Shown in pieces: positions 25,905 to 34,109 of a stretch of DNA of 37,011 bases. The translations under genes and the position numbers were made by a program. The stretch's first letter is position 1; every line of letters starts with the position of its first letter. The stretch covers positions 1 to 37,011 of IMG/VR virus record IMGVR_UViG_3300034416_000016. The stretch is one strand, 5' to 3'. The notes under the pieces were generated by a model. It had not been told where the DNA came from, made no database searches, and saw only the letters and a program-made list of their open reading frames with translations. The stretch comes from a virus. Its lineage: Duplodnaviria > Caudoviricetes.

Positions 25905-26770
25905 TCTTCCTCCATTTCTCCCAACAGACTCATGAATGATCCGCCGGCAACCGTCTTTTTAGTATTTTTATCTGCATATTTCGTATTCTCAGGATAAACC
26001 GATTTCCAGCTGTTCATGATGGCATCTTCCAAAGAGAGTTTTTTCACGTCATCCGGATAATCATTAAGCTTATTAACCAGTAATTTAATGGCATGCTCTG
26101 TATTTTTACATTTCAGCGTTTTCCTTAATTCAAGAAATTCTAAAAATAGAGCATTCACCTCACAGTTATCAAAATAATTACCGGAGCTTGCGACGCCTAT
26201 ATTCTTTTCTTTACTTTTCTCTACTCTACTTTTCTCTACTTTACTTTGTGTATTATCGGGTTGATTTATTGAGTTATCCGGTCGATTAACCTCGTTTTTC
26301 GGTCGATTAATAAAGTTAATTAAAATTGGATGCCTTGAAGAAAGCTCCTTCATTTCATTTTCCGAAAGAAGCCAGTAATCATAATTAATATTCGCTGTCT
26401 TACGATCCACAGTCGCCCCATAATACGTGCGCTGTGCCCGTCGAGAAGTAATTATAGTTCTGGAAATGAAATGATCCTCGTCAAATAGTCCACAGGCCAC
26501 CAAATCCTCGATAACACTCTCTACAGTTTCAACGTCCGGCTGGTACTTCCCCTGAAGGTTTTCGCATACTTCCCAGAGGACGTCTTCTTTGTTTTCTCCA
26601 AAGTAATCAATGTAATATCCCTTGTCTTTGTAAAGAATACAAAGTAGAGAAATATAAACCATCACCGCCGTTGGTCCATATTTAATCTTTACACGGCGCA
26701 GTTTACGATCTTTTATTAAATCGACGTCAAAAGGGAAATAATCGATTCCTTCCTTTATCGGTCTGGCCAC
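25901..26770 (-). CDS. Replication initiator (DUF4373/Lin1244-like N-terminus)
   Basis: MARP.KEGIDYFPFDVD, GYY, ITSRRAQ, SKVEKSRVEK linker, F..F..RK..W C-terminal domain. Confidence 0.85.
   Translation of the reverse strand: MARPIKEGIDYFPFDVDLIKDRKLRRVKIKYGPTAVMVYISLLCILYKDKGYYIDYFGENKEDVLWEVCENLQGKYQPDVETVESVIEDLVACGLFDEDHFISRTIITSRRAQRTYYGATVDRKTANINYDYWLLSENEMKELSSRHPILINFINRPKNEVNRPDNSINQPDNTQSKVEKSRVEKSKEKNIGVASSGNYFDNCEVNALFLEFLELRKTLKCKNTEHAIKLLVNKLNDYPDDVKKLSLEDAIMNSWKSVYPENTKYADKNTKKTVAGGSFMSLLGEMEEE
26253..26310. repeat. Putative replication origin iterons inside the initiator gene
   Basis: TTATCGGGTTGATTTA, TTATCCGGTCGATTAA, TTTTTCGGTCGATTAA at a 21-bp period, next to TACTT/TACTC repeats. 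Confidence 0.65.
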
Positions 26771-26898
26771 TTGCTCACCTCCGTACCTTCCAGGGCTTGT
26801 TACAGCCCCGGTCCTTTCGTTGGTTTAATAGAATACTGGTGTATTTTTATAAAAAAGCAATCAGAATGAAATACTTATTCATTCTCGGCTACCTTTTT

Positions 26899-27735
26899 CT
26901 AATTGAAAAAGTCGTCATCATCTTCAACCTGAGCACCTTCAACGACTTTCGGTTCTTCGATTTTTTCAGGATCAACCTCTGAATACTCGGTATTCTCAAC
27001 ATACTCAACACCATTATCCGAAATAACGCCCATATCCGATTCCTGGGCCTTTTGCATCTCAATTGACATAATCCCCCACTTCGAAATTAACTGTCTCAGC
27101 ATCGTTTTATAAGCCATACCATCGAAATCTTTTTCCCAGAACGTATAACCCTTTTTAGCTTTGTAGCCCATCGAGTATTTCAATGCATGGCATTCCATCT
27201 TTTTCTTTGACCAGTAGATTGCTTTCTTGAACCCATTTTCATACTCAAACATGGCATAATAACCGATTGTTGGTGTGTTTTCGCGTTCTTCTTCATCGTC
27301 AATAAGTTGAACTTCAATTTCTTCTTCAAGCGGATTAAAATTGATTAATTCCCCTTCTTTGATTGCCAGAACGTTTAATTTTCTGTAGTATCCCGAGCGT
27401 ACCGCCAATTGAATGTATCCCTTGTAACCGAGTTGGAATTGAGCAACTTTGCACTTTCGTTTATTATCGTTGAATGGCACCATATAGTATTGACCAAGTT
27501 GTGGACTTGGCGAGAGTCGCAGGCTTTCCCCCAGCATCGCAGCGCTTAGAATAGATCCTTGATCACATTCTGCCAACGCCGGGTTGGTGCTGACCGCAGA
27601 TATAATCGATGTGATAAACCGTTGGCCATCTTTCCCACCGACAACCTCATTTATTTTTCGCTTCACACCTTCACCAGTCATAAAATTTGAAAATGTATTC
27701 TTTTTTGTCTTTTGAAGACTGTTTGAAACTGCCAT
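26899..27735 (-). CDS. recT: RecT-family single-strand annealing protein
   Basis: LSPSPQLGQYYMVPF, AQFQLGYKGYIQLA.RSG.Y, MA.KT motifs. Confidence 0.93.
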   Translation of the reverse strand: MAVSNSLQKTKKNTFSNFMTGEGVKRKINEVVGGKDGQRFITSIISAVSTNPALAECDQGSILSAAMLGESLRLSPSPQLGQYYMVPFNDNKRKCKVAQFQLGYKGYIQLAVRSGYYRKLNVLAIKEGELINFNPLEEEIEVQLIDDEEERENTPTIGYYAMFEYENGFKKAIYWSKKKMECHALKYSMGYKAKKGYTFWEKDFDGMAYKTMLRQLISKWGIMSIEMQKAQESDMGVISDNGVEYVENTEYSEVDPEKIEEPKVVEGAQVEDDDDFFN

Positions 27736-28652
27736 TATTCAACCCTCCCATATCTAATATTGTTATCTTTCAAAAATGCTTTCAGTAATTTCTTTTGCTC
27801 AGGCGTTACATATACTCTGAAATCAAGTGTTTGGAGCTGCTGTTCCCATTCCGGATCCGGAACACTTGATTTTTCAGTTTCCCATTCAGCAGCATCAACA
27901 ATGTTCATTTGCCCTGGGATCACCTCAGCTGTTTCCGCATCAACCGCAGAATTCTGGACACGATCAAAAGCTGCTCTTTGAGATTCCCGCTGCTGTTCTT
28001 TAATTTGCTGCTGTCTTTCGTATTCAGAAATTTTCATGATCCGGTCTTCCCATCGCGCTTTTTCTTTCATTGCATCGGCAATGGAGAAGTTTTCAAGGTA
28101 TTTGTCAAGCATCTGTTGTTCGCATTCCATTTCAAGGCCTTTGATCACAGCAATATCGTTCTGAATCGTTTCAATAATTGCAGTAATTTCTTTCTTGATT
28201 GCCGACATTCGTTCGCTGGAATTCAGCCATTTTTCAACATGAATCTTTTCATACGGCACCAGATTTGCCAAATCTCCGACCGCTTCCTTGAAGTAGGCAA
28301 CAATTTCAGCCTGCTTATCATCTTTTAGTTTTCGCTCATAGGCTTTGACCTGTTTATCAATTGCCTGAATCGGCTCATCAATCATACCGATCAGGATTTT
28401 TACCTTATTTTCAAACTCAATGTAAGGTACGTTCCATTCCTTCTTGATTTCTTTTCGTTTCCCGTCAATCGTATCTTTTAGAGCATTAAGTTTTGCCCTG
28501 TCAGCTTTTGCCTCTTTGGTTGCATCTTCAGTAACGACAATGTTTTGATATTTGCCGAGGCTAACTTCAAGTTCCTGCTTTAATTGGTCAAAGTTAAATC
28601 CAACCGCCTGGGGGATTATGTCCTTGACTTCTTTCTCTAATATAAATTCCAT
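27735..28652 (-). CDS. DUF1351-like coiled-coil protein
   Basis: NFDQLK, AKADRAKLN, RKEIKK..P...FE, WLN motifs; between YqaJ and RecT. Confidence 0.8.
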   Translation of the reverse strand: MEFILEKEVKDIIPQAVGFNFDQLKQELEVSLGKYQNIVVTEDATKEAKADRAKLNALKDTIDGKRKEIKKEWNVPYIEFENKVKILIGMIDEPIQAIDKQVKAYERKLKDDKQAEIVAYFKEAVGDLANLVPYEKIHVEKWLNSSERMSAIKKEITAIIETIQNDIAVIKGLEMECEQQMLDKYLENFSIADAMKEKARWEDRIMKISEYERQQQIKEQQRESQRAAFDRVQNSAVDAETAEVIPGQMNIVDAAEWETEKSSVPDPEWEQQLQTLDFRVYVTPEQKKLLKAFLKDNNIRYGRVE

Positions 28653-28661
28653 GCTTACCTC

Positions 28662-29282
28662 CTATATTTCCGGCAAAATTAATGCCGGTTTCACTCTTTT
28701 CTGTACCTGGTCCCAAAACTTAATTTCTGCTTCCAGAAGGTATTCCATATCCTCCAGAACATCTTTACGTTCAATAAAATAATGTCTTGTAGTTAGTTTT
28801 ACATCCTCAAATCCATGTTTAATTTGGGCTTTCAGAATGACAAAATCGAACCCAGTTGCAATGAGCTGATGCAAGCATTGGATGTAATAATTATCTGGGA
28901 TGCCATCTTTCCATTTCCCCCATTGCATGGGATTTATGATTTCTGTCGTTTTAATTTCAAGCACCCCGTTCCGATCTCCTTCCATCCATCCGTCCAACGT
29001 AGCAAAAACAAAGGGATACTTTTCGTTACGGAACATCCTGAATTCATCATATTTGACATCATATTCAGGAAAATCCAATTTAAACAGTGCTCTCAGAAGG
29101 GGTTCTGCATCGTTTCCGTATTTAACAACTGGTTTATCGCTAATATCTTCAGGTTCCACTTCACCGGTCTTTTCCTCCCAAAGCTGGATATTTGTTTTCC
29201 ATGGGTTCAAGCCGATAACTGCAGCGGCTTCTGATGCTCCAATTCCTTGTTTTCTCGCTTCAAGCCACTGTTTTCGATTCAT
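28662..29282 (-). CDS. YqaJ-like exonuclease
   Basis: WLEARKQGIGASE, ATLDG, LEIKT, P..YYIQ motifs. Confidence 0.92.
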   Translation of the reverse strand: MNRKQWLEARKQGIGASEAAAVIGLNPWKTNIQLWEEKTGEVEPEDISDKPVVKYGNDAEPLLRALFKLDFPEYDVKYDEFRMFRNEKYPFVFATLDGWMEGDRNGVLEIKTTEIINPMQWGKWKDGIPDNYYIQCLHQLIATGFDFVILKAQIKHGFEDVKLTTRHYFIERKDVLEDMEYLLEAEIKFWDQVQKRVKPALILPEI

Positions 29283-29512
29283 GCTGATTCCCTCTCTTTA
29301 TATTCATCATATAAGCGGTCGGGATCCGGACCAGCATTCTTTTTCTCCTCGGCGGCCCATTCCCAAGCATCAACCTTCTTAATACAATGGTCACAACCAA
29401 CAATATCACCATTGATCGAGTAAAGTATTTCTTCGCATTCATCACCACAAACGGGGCATTCAGGATAATCTGGCTCTGGAGGATCCGGACCGTATAAACT
29501 TTCTAAGCTCAT
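29279..29512 (-). CDS. Small zinc-ribbon protein
   Basis: CPVCG..GCDHC. Confidence 0.75.
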   Translation of the reverse strand: MSLESLYGPDPPEPDYPECPVCGDECEEILYSINGDIVGCDHCIKKVDAWEWAAEEKKNAGPDPDRLYDEYKERESA

Positions 29513-29763
29513 TTTGCCACCGCCCATTCAATCGCCTTGTAAACATCATGACAATGTTCTTTATTGACATAGAAAACATGATTGCCGCCGAATAATTCTC
29601 TAAACATGATTTCTTTCGCACCTAGTCGATTGCAATAATAGATGTAGCCGCTTCTTTTGATGTCATTAAAGCAATTCATATTCAGGATCTCGATCACACG
29701 CTGAGTAGAATATTGCACTCTTGACATTTGACTAATTTTTCGATTTTCCAACTGTAATTCCAT
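29509..29763 (-). CDS. Hypothetical early protein
   Basis: 84 aa, GAGGT RBS, ATGA overlap with the next gene. Confidence 0.65.
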   Translation of the reverse strand: MELQLENRKISQMSRVQYSTQRVIEILNMNCFNDIKRSGYIYYCNRLGAKEIMFRELFGGNHVFYVNKEHCHDVYKAIEWAVAK

Positions 29764-29767
29764 GTTT

Positions 29768-29989
29768 CTACCTCACCTCTCTGCGATTCTCGATATTAAC
29801 TACCTTACGATGCTCCTGCTTCGTCGGAGCTTTCATCCCACTCACAGTCTCTAATTCTTCAATGACCTCATCCAAAATTGATAAAACGCCTTTGTTATAG
29901 CTATTTCTTAAAAGGTCCCAGGTATTTGTATTCGCCTCAATGGCTTCTTTTTTACCAGCCAACTTGCATAATAAATTTTGCATATCCAT
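29768..29989 (-). CDS. Hypothetical early protein
   Basis: 73 aa, AGGAG RBS. Confidence 0.7.
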   Translation of the reverse strand: MDMQNLLCKLAGKKEAIEANTNTWDLLRNSYNKGVLSILDEVIEELETVSGMKAPTKQEHRKVVNIENRREVR

Positions 29990-30023
29990 TTTTCATTCTC
30001 CTAAAAAAATTCCTCCGGTTGAT

Positions 30024-30055
30024 AAAAGAGGCGGCCAGGAGGTTGAAACCGCCCC
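30024..30055 (-). terminator. Early-operon terminator/attenuator
   Basis: GGGGCGG..CCGCCTC stem followed by TTTT. Confidence 0.6.
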
Positions 30056-30084
30056 TTGCATCCCACAATCTATTGTGGTAAACT
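30056..30084 (+). promoter_or_regulatory. Antisense promoter TTGCAT-17-TAAACT (extended -10) with a palindrome in the spacer
   Basis: -35 at 30056-30061, TGG then TAAACT at 30079-30084; CCACAAT-CT-ATTGTGG at 30063-30078. Confidence 0.6.
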
Positions 30085-30162
30085 TGTGTAAAGAAATTTG
30101 CATATCCAGTTTAGAGAGCACCTGCGCCAACAGGTGTTTTTTCTTTTTTGCGCTATAATCAT
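30070..30162 (-). CDS. 30-aa basic Cys-containing peptide
   Basis: AAGGTGA RBS; MIIAQKRKNTCWRRCSLNWICKFLYTSLPQ. Confidence 0.45.
   Translation of the reverse strand: MIIAQKRKNTCWRRCSLNWICKFLYTSLPQ
30091..30149 (+). ncRNA. Candidate ~55-nt antisense RNA
   Basis: Lies between the antisense promoter and a GCACCTG/CAGGTGT + TTTTTCTTTTTT terminator. Confidence 0.55.
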
Positions 30163-30174
30163 TTGTCTCACCTT

Positions 30175-30447
30175 CTATAGCTTCCTTAATTTTTCAAGAT
30201 TCTCCGGATTTTCAAGCCACTCATCAAGAAGTTTTTCATTAATCAGCTCCTTGTTTGTTAAAGTGAACTGGATCGGTGACGGAATAATCCGTTTATTGAT
30301 GATCGATCTAATGACCGGATATGACCGATGCAGTTTATCACAAAGCCCATAACTGTCTAAAAGAACTGTTCCTTTTGGCATCTCAATCGATGTAAGGATG
30401 GTATCAATTTTATTTTCCAGGCGTGAAAGCCGTTCTTCTGTTGTCAT
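30175..30447 (-). CDS. Small DNA-binding protein, possible excisionase
   Basis: GGAGG RBS; winged-helix-like pattern ending LLDEWLE; early position. Confidence 0.5.
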   Translation of the reverse strand: MTTEERLSRLENKIDTILTSIEMPKGTVLLDSYGLCDKLHRSYPVIRSIINKRIIPSPIQFTLTNKELINEKLLDEWLENPENLEKLRKL

Positions 30448-30470
30448 ATAATATCCTCCGACTTCGCTGC

Positions 30471-31022
30471 TTAACCCCAAATCTGGAACTGATCAGCTTC
30501 TCTGCGAGCGATTCTTCTTTCATTAACTTTCGTCCTCTTTGTTGCGTTTGTCAGTTTTGGGGGCGTTTTTTCAAGGGTTGAAAACGCAAGGCTCATGCTG
30601 GCCATGGCGCTTTCCATCAATTCCTTGAGAAATGATCCGGCTATCTCAGATTCATGCTCATCGATCTCATTATCGAGAATCACTTTCCGCATTCCCCCTT
30701 CCAGCTCATGCACGTCCTCATGCTCTACCTGATAATTAATAAATGCCATTGGCAGATCCAGAAGCTCGATGTTTGAAAAAATCGATCTGAAAATAAGGTT
30801 CGTCTCATTGAGAAACAGAATTTTCAGATAATCACTTTTGTAGAGTTCTGCCATTTGTAAAACTGTTTCCTCTGGGGGAAGGTGCCGCCGCACTTCCAAT
30901 GAATACGTCTCGTAATTTGACAAAGTGTGGATTGATAAATTCAACTCACTGGCCGCTTCTTCTTGGGTATATCCGGCACGCTCTCTGAACATCTTTAAGA
31001 CGCCTTTGCATCTTTCGTTCAT
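30471..31022 (-). CDS. XRE-family HTH protein with extended C-terminus
   Basis: RERAGYTQEEAASELNLS..TLSNYE; AAGGAG RBS; an alternative TTG start at 31088 is possible. Confidence 0.85.
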   Translation of the reverse strand: MNERCKGVLKMFRERAGYTQEEAASELNLSIHTLSNYETYSLEVRRHLPPEETVLQMAELYKSDYLKILFLNETNLIFRSIFSNIELLDLPMAFINYQVEHEDVHELEGGMRKVILDNEIDEHESEIAGSFLKELMESAMASMSLAFSTLEKTPPKLTNATKRTKVNERRIARREADQFQIWG

Positions 31023-31182
31023 TTCTTTTTTCTCCTTTCGATATATAATTTTGTTGTAGAAACATTTCCCAGACCCTTCTCTCTCCAACTCACACCCCCT
31101 TTCATTGCTACTCCACGCATAATTCTTGCTTAACCGCTATCTCGCTCACGGCCTGCTCCGCAAATAGCGGGCCGTTTCCCCT

Positions 31183-31341
31183 TCAGACAACCTTGAACGT
31201 CACTTCATGCCCTGGATTTTCTTTGACCAGCAACTTTTTACATTCATCCACAGTCATGTTGTTGTCCAACGCTGCCTGAATAACTTCAACCAGCTTCTTG
31301 CCATCGAGATATGCCCAGATTTTCTTTTGCTTTCGTTTCAT
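31183..31341 (-). CDS. Small hypothetical phage protein (52 aa)
   Basis: GGAGG RBS; MKRKQKKIWAYLDGKKLVEV.. Confidence 0.7.
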   Translation of the reverse strand: MKRKQKKIWAYLDGKKLVEVIQAALDNNMTVDECKKLLVKENPGHEVTFKVV

Positions 31342-31366
31342 GTTTTTGCCTCCAAACTGGCTTTTA

Positions 31367-31531
31367 TTAATACTGAAGTTTTCCATTATTTTCGGTTAAC
31401 TTTGCACATTTTCCTAACCCGCCATTCTCTCTTGGGAGTGCCTGGAATCTGTCTCTATAAACACATTTGTCAGCCAATTCACATTTCCAACATTCACATT
31501 TACGGTCCTTGTTTTCATAAATTTCTTCCAT
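31367..31531 (-). CDS. Cys-rich microprotein (54 aa; missing from the ORF track)
   Basis: GGAGGTGA RBS; MEEIYENKDRKCECWKCELADKCVYRDRF..GLGKCAKL. Confidence 0.75.
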   Translation of the reverse strand: MEEIYENKDRKCECWKCELADKCVYRDRFQALPRENGGLGKCAKLTENNGKLQY

Positions 31532-31543
31532 CTTTCTCACCTC

Positions 31544-31786
31544 CTAACTGGCTTTTGGCTCATTATCTCCTTCATTATCTGATTCAGACAATTGATAGTC
31601 AAAAAAAAGGTCATCTAAAGTTGTTCCAAGCTTATCTGCAATTTTTATTGCTTCTTCTAAAGTAATTTTTACAGCACCAGATTCTTTTTTATAATATGCC
31701 GCCTTCGTCTTTAATCCAAGTAATTTTGCCATTTCTAAGGCCGTCACATCTTTTTTGATCCGTTGATTTCTAAGATTCTCTAACAC
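31544..31786 (-). CDS. Cro-like HTH regulator
   Basis: EMAKLLGL..AYYKKESG..EAIKIA..LDDLFF; divergent from the repressor; GTG start after AAGGAGG. Confidence 0.88.
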   Translation of the reverse strand: MLENLRNQRIKKDVTALEMAKLLGLKTKAAYYKKESGAVKITLEEAIKIADKLGTTLDDLFFDYQLSESDNEGDNEPKAS

Positions 31787-31799
31787 CTCACTCCCTCCT

Positions 31800-31921
31800 T
31801 TCAATTATCTTATTTGGATAATTGAATTATATTATCTTATTTGGAAAATGTCAACGTATTTTTTAATAAATTTATCTGATTTAGATATCCGTTTGATTAT
31901 CCAAATCAGATACTCTATAAT
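31800..31921. promoter_or_regulatory. Lysis/lysogeny switch: divergent promoters and four 15-bp operators
   Basis: Minus TTGACA(31849-54)-17-TATAAT(31826-31); plus TTGATT(31893-98)-17-TATAAT(31916-21); TATC-N7-GAWA at 31806, 31833, 31873, 31898. Confidence 0.85.
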
Positions 31922-31945
31922 TAAGAGTGTAGGAGGTGTTATCTG

Positions 31946-32425
31946 TTGAATAGAATAAGATCACTAAGAGAAAATATGGGTTGGACTCAAGCTGAACTTG
32001 GGGAAAAGTTAAGTGTCAAGGCAGCCGCTATATCTAAATATGAAAAAGGTGATGTATCATTAACTGATGAAACACTACGACAGCTATCCAGTATTTTCAA
32101 CACTTCAGTTGATTTTATTATCTGCGTTTCAGACGATTCTACTCCGATCCGCAACGTCAATCAGGATCTGATCGATGACCAAGACGTAGAATCTCAATGG
32201 CATGCTTTTGTGGATGAATATTCAAAGGGAACTTCCATGTTTTATCAATATGAAAACGTCAGCGATGAACAGAAACTGTTGATCATGGAAGAATACAAAG
32301 AAAAGCTGGAAAAGAAAAAGAAGAAAGTTTTGAAATTTATGGACTTCTCAGATGAAGTCATCGATGAAGCATTGAATTTTGCAGCATACAATGAAGAACA
32401 ACGAAAGAAAAAAGGTGACATTTAA
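31946..32425 (+). CDS. Prophage repressor (ImmR-like XRE HTH, no S24 autoprotease domain)
   Basis: WTQAELGEKL..AISKYEKG HTH; AGGAGGTG RBS; divergent from cro. Confidence 0.88.
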   Translation: MNRIRSLRENMGWTQAELGEKLSVKAAAISKYEKGDVSLTDETLRQLSSIFNTSVDFIICVSDDSTPIRNVNQDLIDDQDVESQWHAFVDEYSKGTSMFYQYENVSDEQKLLIMEEYKEKLEKKKKKVLKFMDFSDEVIDEALNFAAYNEEQRKKKGDI

Positions 32426-32455
32426 GGCAGGCTTAGTTAAGTCTGCTTTTATTTT
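32426..32455 (+). terminator. Terminator after the repressor gene
   Basis: GGCAGGCTT/AAGTCTGCT stem followed by TTTATTTT. Confidence 0.65.
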
Positions 32456-32488
32456 ATATAAAGCAAAAATATGAGGGAGGAAGAATTT

Positions 32489-34090
32489 GTGAGAGAGAGT
32501 ATTCAAAAGTGTTTTGTTTTGATGATGGCTCTATTTCTGGTGATCGGAATGGTGCCTGAAAGCGTATCAGCTGCAAGCACCCCAGGAGTCAGCTACCAGA
32601 CGCATATCGAAAACATCGGATGGGAAGCCGATGCAGGAATTGGGTTAAGAAGTAACGGCGAAGCGAGCGGCACGTTTGCCAGAAGTCTGCGGCTTGAAGG
32701 TATAAAGATCAATCTTGATAATCAAGGCTATGATCTTGGCATCGCCTATCAGACGCATATCGAAAACATTGGCTGGGAAGCTGATGCAGGCAGAGGCTGG
32801 AAAAGCAACGGAGATATGAGCGGAACGTCGCATCAATCCCTGCGCCTAGAAGCCATTCAAATCAAACTGACTGGTGCAGACGCTAGCAAATTCGATATCT
32901 ATTACCAAGTTCATGCAGAAAATTTTGGATGGCTTGGATGGGCAAAGAATGGCGAGAGCGCTGGAACAGCCGGGTATAGTTACCGCCTTGAAGCCATACG
33001 AATTCAAATCGTACCAAAAGGACAAGGTGCCCCAACTTCAACAACAGCGCTGCCATTCTACGACAAGAACGCTCCGATTGTTAATCCAACTACACCAACA
33101 ACAGATGGGATTCTAAAGGTCAGCTACATTGATGTCGGTCAAGCAGATAGCATTCTGATCCAGCAAGGCGACCATGCAATGCTGATTGATGCTGGAAATA
33201 ATGCTGATGGTCAAACAGTTAAAAATTATATAACGAATCAAGGTGTTTCTGTTTTAGATTATGCAATCTGTACGCATCCCCATGAAGACCACATCGGAGC
33301 CATGGATTACATCGTCAATAGTTTTAAGATTGGCAAGATTTATCTGCCAGAAGCTATGGCCACAACACAGACTTATAAGGATCTATTAACTGCAGTTGTA
33401 AATAAAGGTATGCAATTTACATCTCCGGTTCCTGGCTCAAGTTTCAAACTGGGTGATGCGACCTGCACAATTCTTGGACCGATTAATTGGTCTCAAGACG
33501 ATCTTAATACGAGTTCAATTGTTTTAAAAGTCGTTTACGGAAATAATAGTTTCTTATTTACTGGAGACGCTCAGGTGAGTAATGAGCAGGATATGATCAA
33601 TGCAGGATATGATTTATCTGCTGATGTTTTAAAAGTCGGCCATCACGGCAGTAATACATCTACCAGCCAGGCCTTTTTAGATGCCGTGAAGCCATCATAT
33701 GCTGTAATCAGCGTTGGCGCCGGAAATGATTATGGTCATCCAACCGAAGCGGTCTTGAACAGAATTAATAGCAACGGGATCAAACTTTTCAGAACTGATC
33801 TTAATGGAACAATCGTGGCAACCAGTGATGGAAGCAATATTACATTTAATGTAAATCCAACGAATTCCGCTCAGGTGGATCCGACTCCTACAGATCCGAC
33901 TCCTGTAACACCGACACCAACTCCTACTCCAACACCTGTAAACCCACAGGATTACACCGTTTATAAAACAGCAACAGGCACAAAATATCATAAGGCAGGT
34001 TGTTCTTATCTGTCTAAAAGCAGTATCCCATTGTTGAAATCTGAAGCTGTTGCCGCAGGTTTGACGCCTTGCAGCAAGTGTAATCCATAG
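32489..34090 (+). CDS. Secreted protein: 3 ChW repeats + ComEC/Rec2-like metallo-beta-lactamase hydrolase + PT linker + C-terminal Cys/His domain
   Basis: Signal peptide ending VSA; YQTHIENIGW repeats; DVGQAD, LIDAG, THPHEDHIG, FTGD, KVGHHGS, YGHP, RTD..G; TGTKYH..GC..PCSKC. Confidence 0.9.
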   Translation: MRESIQKCFVLMMALFLVIGMVPESVSAASTPGVSYQTHIENIGWEADAGIGLRSNGEASGTFARSLRLEGIKINLDNQGYDLGIAYQTHIENIGWEADAGRGWKSNGDMSGTSHQSLRLEAIQIKLTGADASKFDIYYQVHAENFGWLGWAKNGESAGTAGYSYRLEAIRIQIVPKGQGAPTSTTALPFYDKNAPIVNPTTPTTDGILKVSYIDVGQADSILIQQGDHAMLIDAGNNADGQTVKNYITNQGVSVLDYAICTHPHEDHIGAMDYIVNSFKIGKIYLPEAMATTQTYKDLLTAVVNKGMQFTSPVPGSSFKLGDATCTILGPINWSQDDLNTSSIVLKVVYGNNSFLFTGDAQVSNEQDMINAGYDLSADVLKVGHHGSNTSTSQAFLDAVKPSYAVISVGAGNDYGHPTEAVLNRINSNGIKLFRTDLNGTIVATSDGSNITFNVNPTNSAQVDPTPTDPTPVTPTPTPTPTPVNPQDYTVYKTATGTKYHKAGCSYLSKSSIPLLKSEAVAAGLTPCSKCNP

Positions 34091-34109
34091 AAAGCAAGAG
34101 GAATATGCA

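Noticed and set aside
26790-26890. Twister-like ribozyme or another antisense unit between recT and the initiator gene
   Set aside because: Only two simple hairpins; no twister pseudoknot pattern and no credible plus-strand promoter
31108-31185. Selenocysteine/UGA read-through or GGGAAAC frameshift after the 52-aa ORF
   Set aside because: Read-through adds only 25 residues with no motif, and the slippery-like heptamer lies after the stop codon
32593-32790. 45-bp imperfect direct repeat 153 bp apart, as a CRISPR-like or recombination repeat
   Set aside because: It is the coding duplication of ChW repeats, differing at synonymous positions
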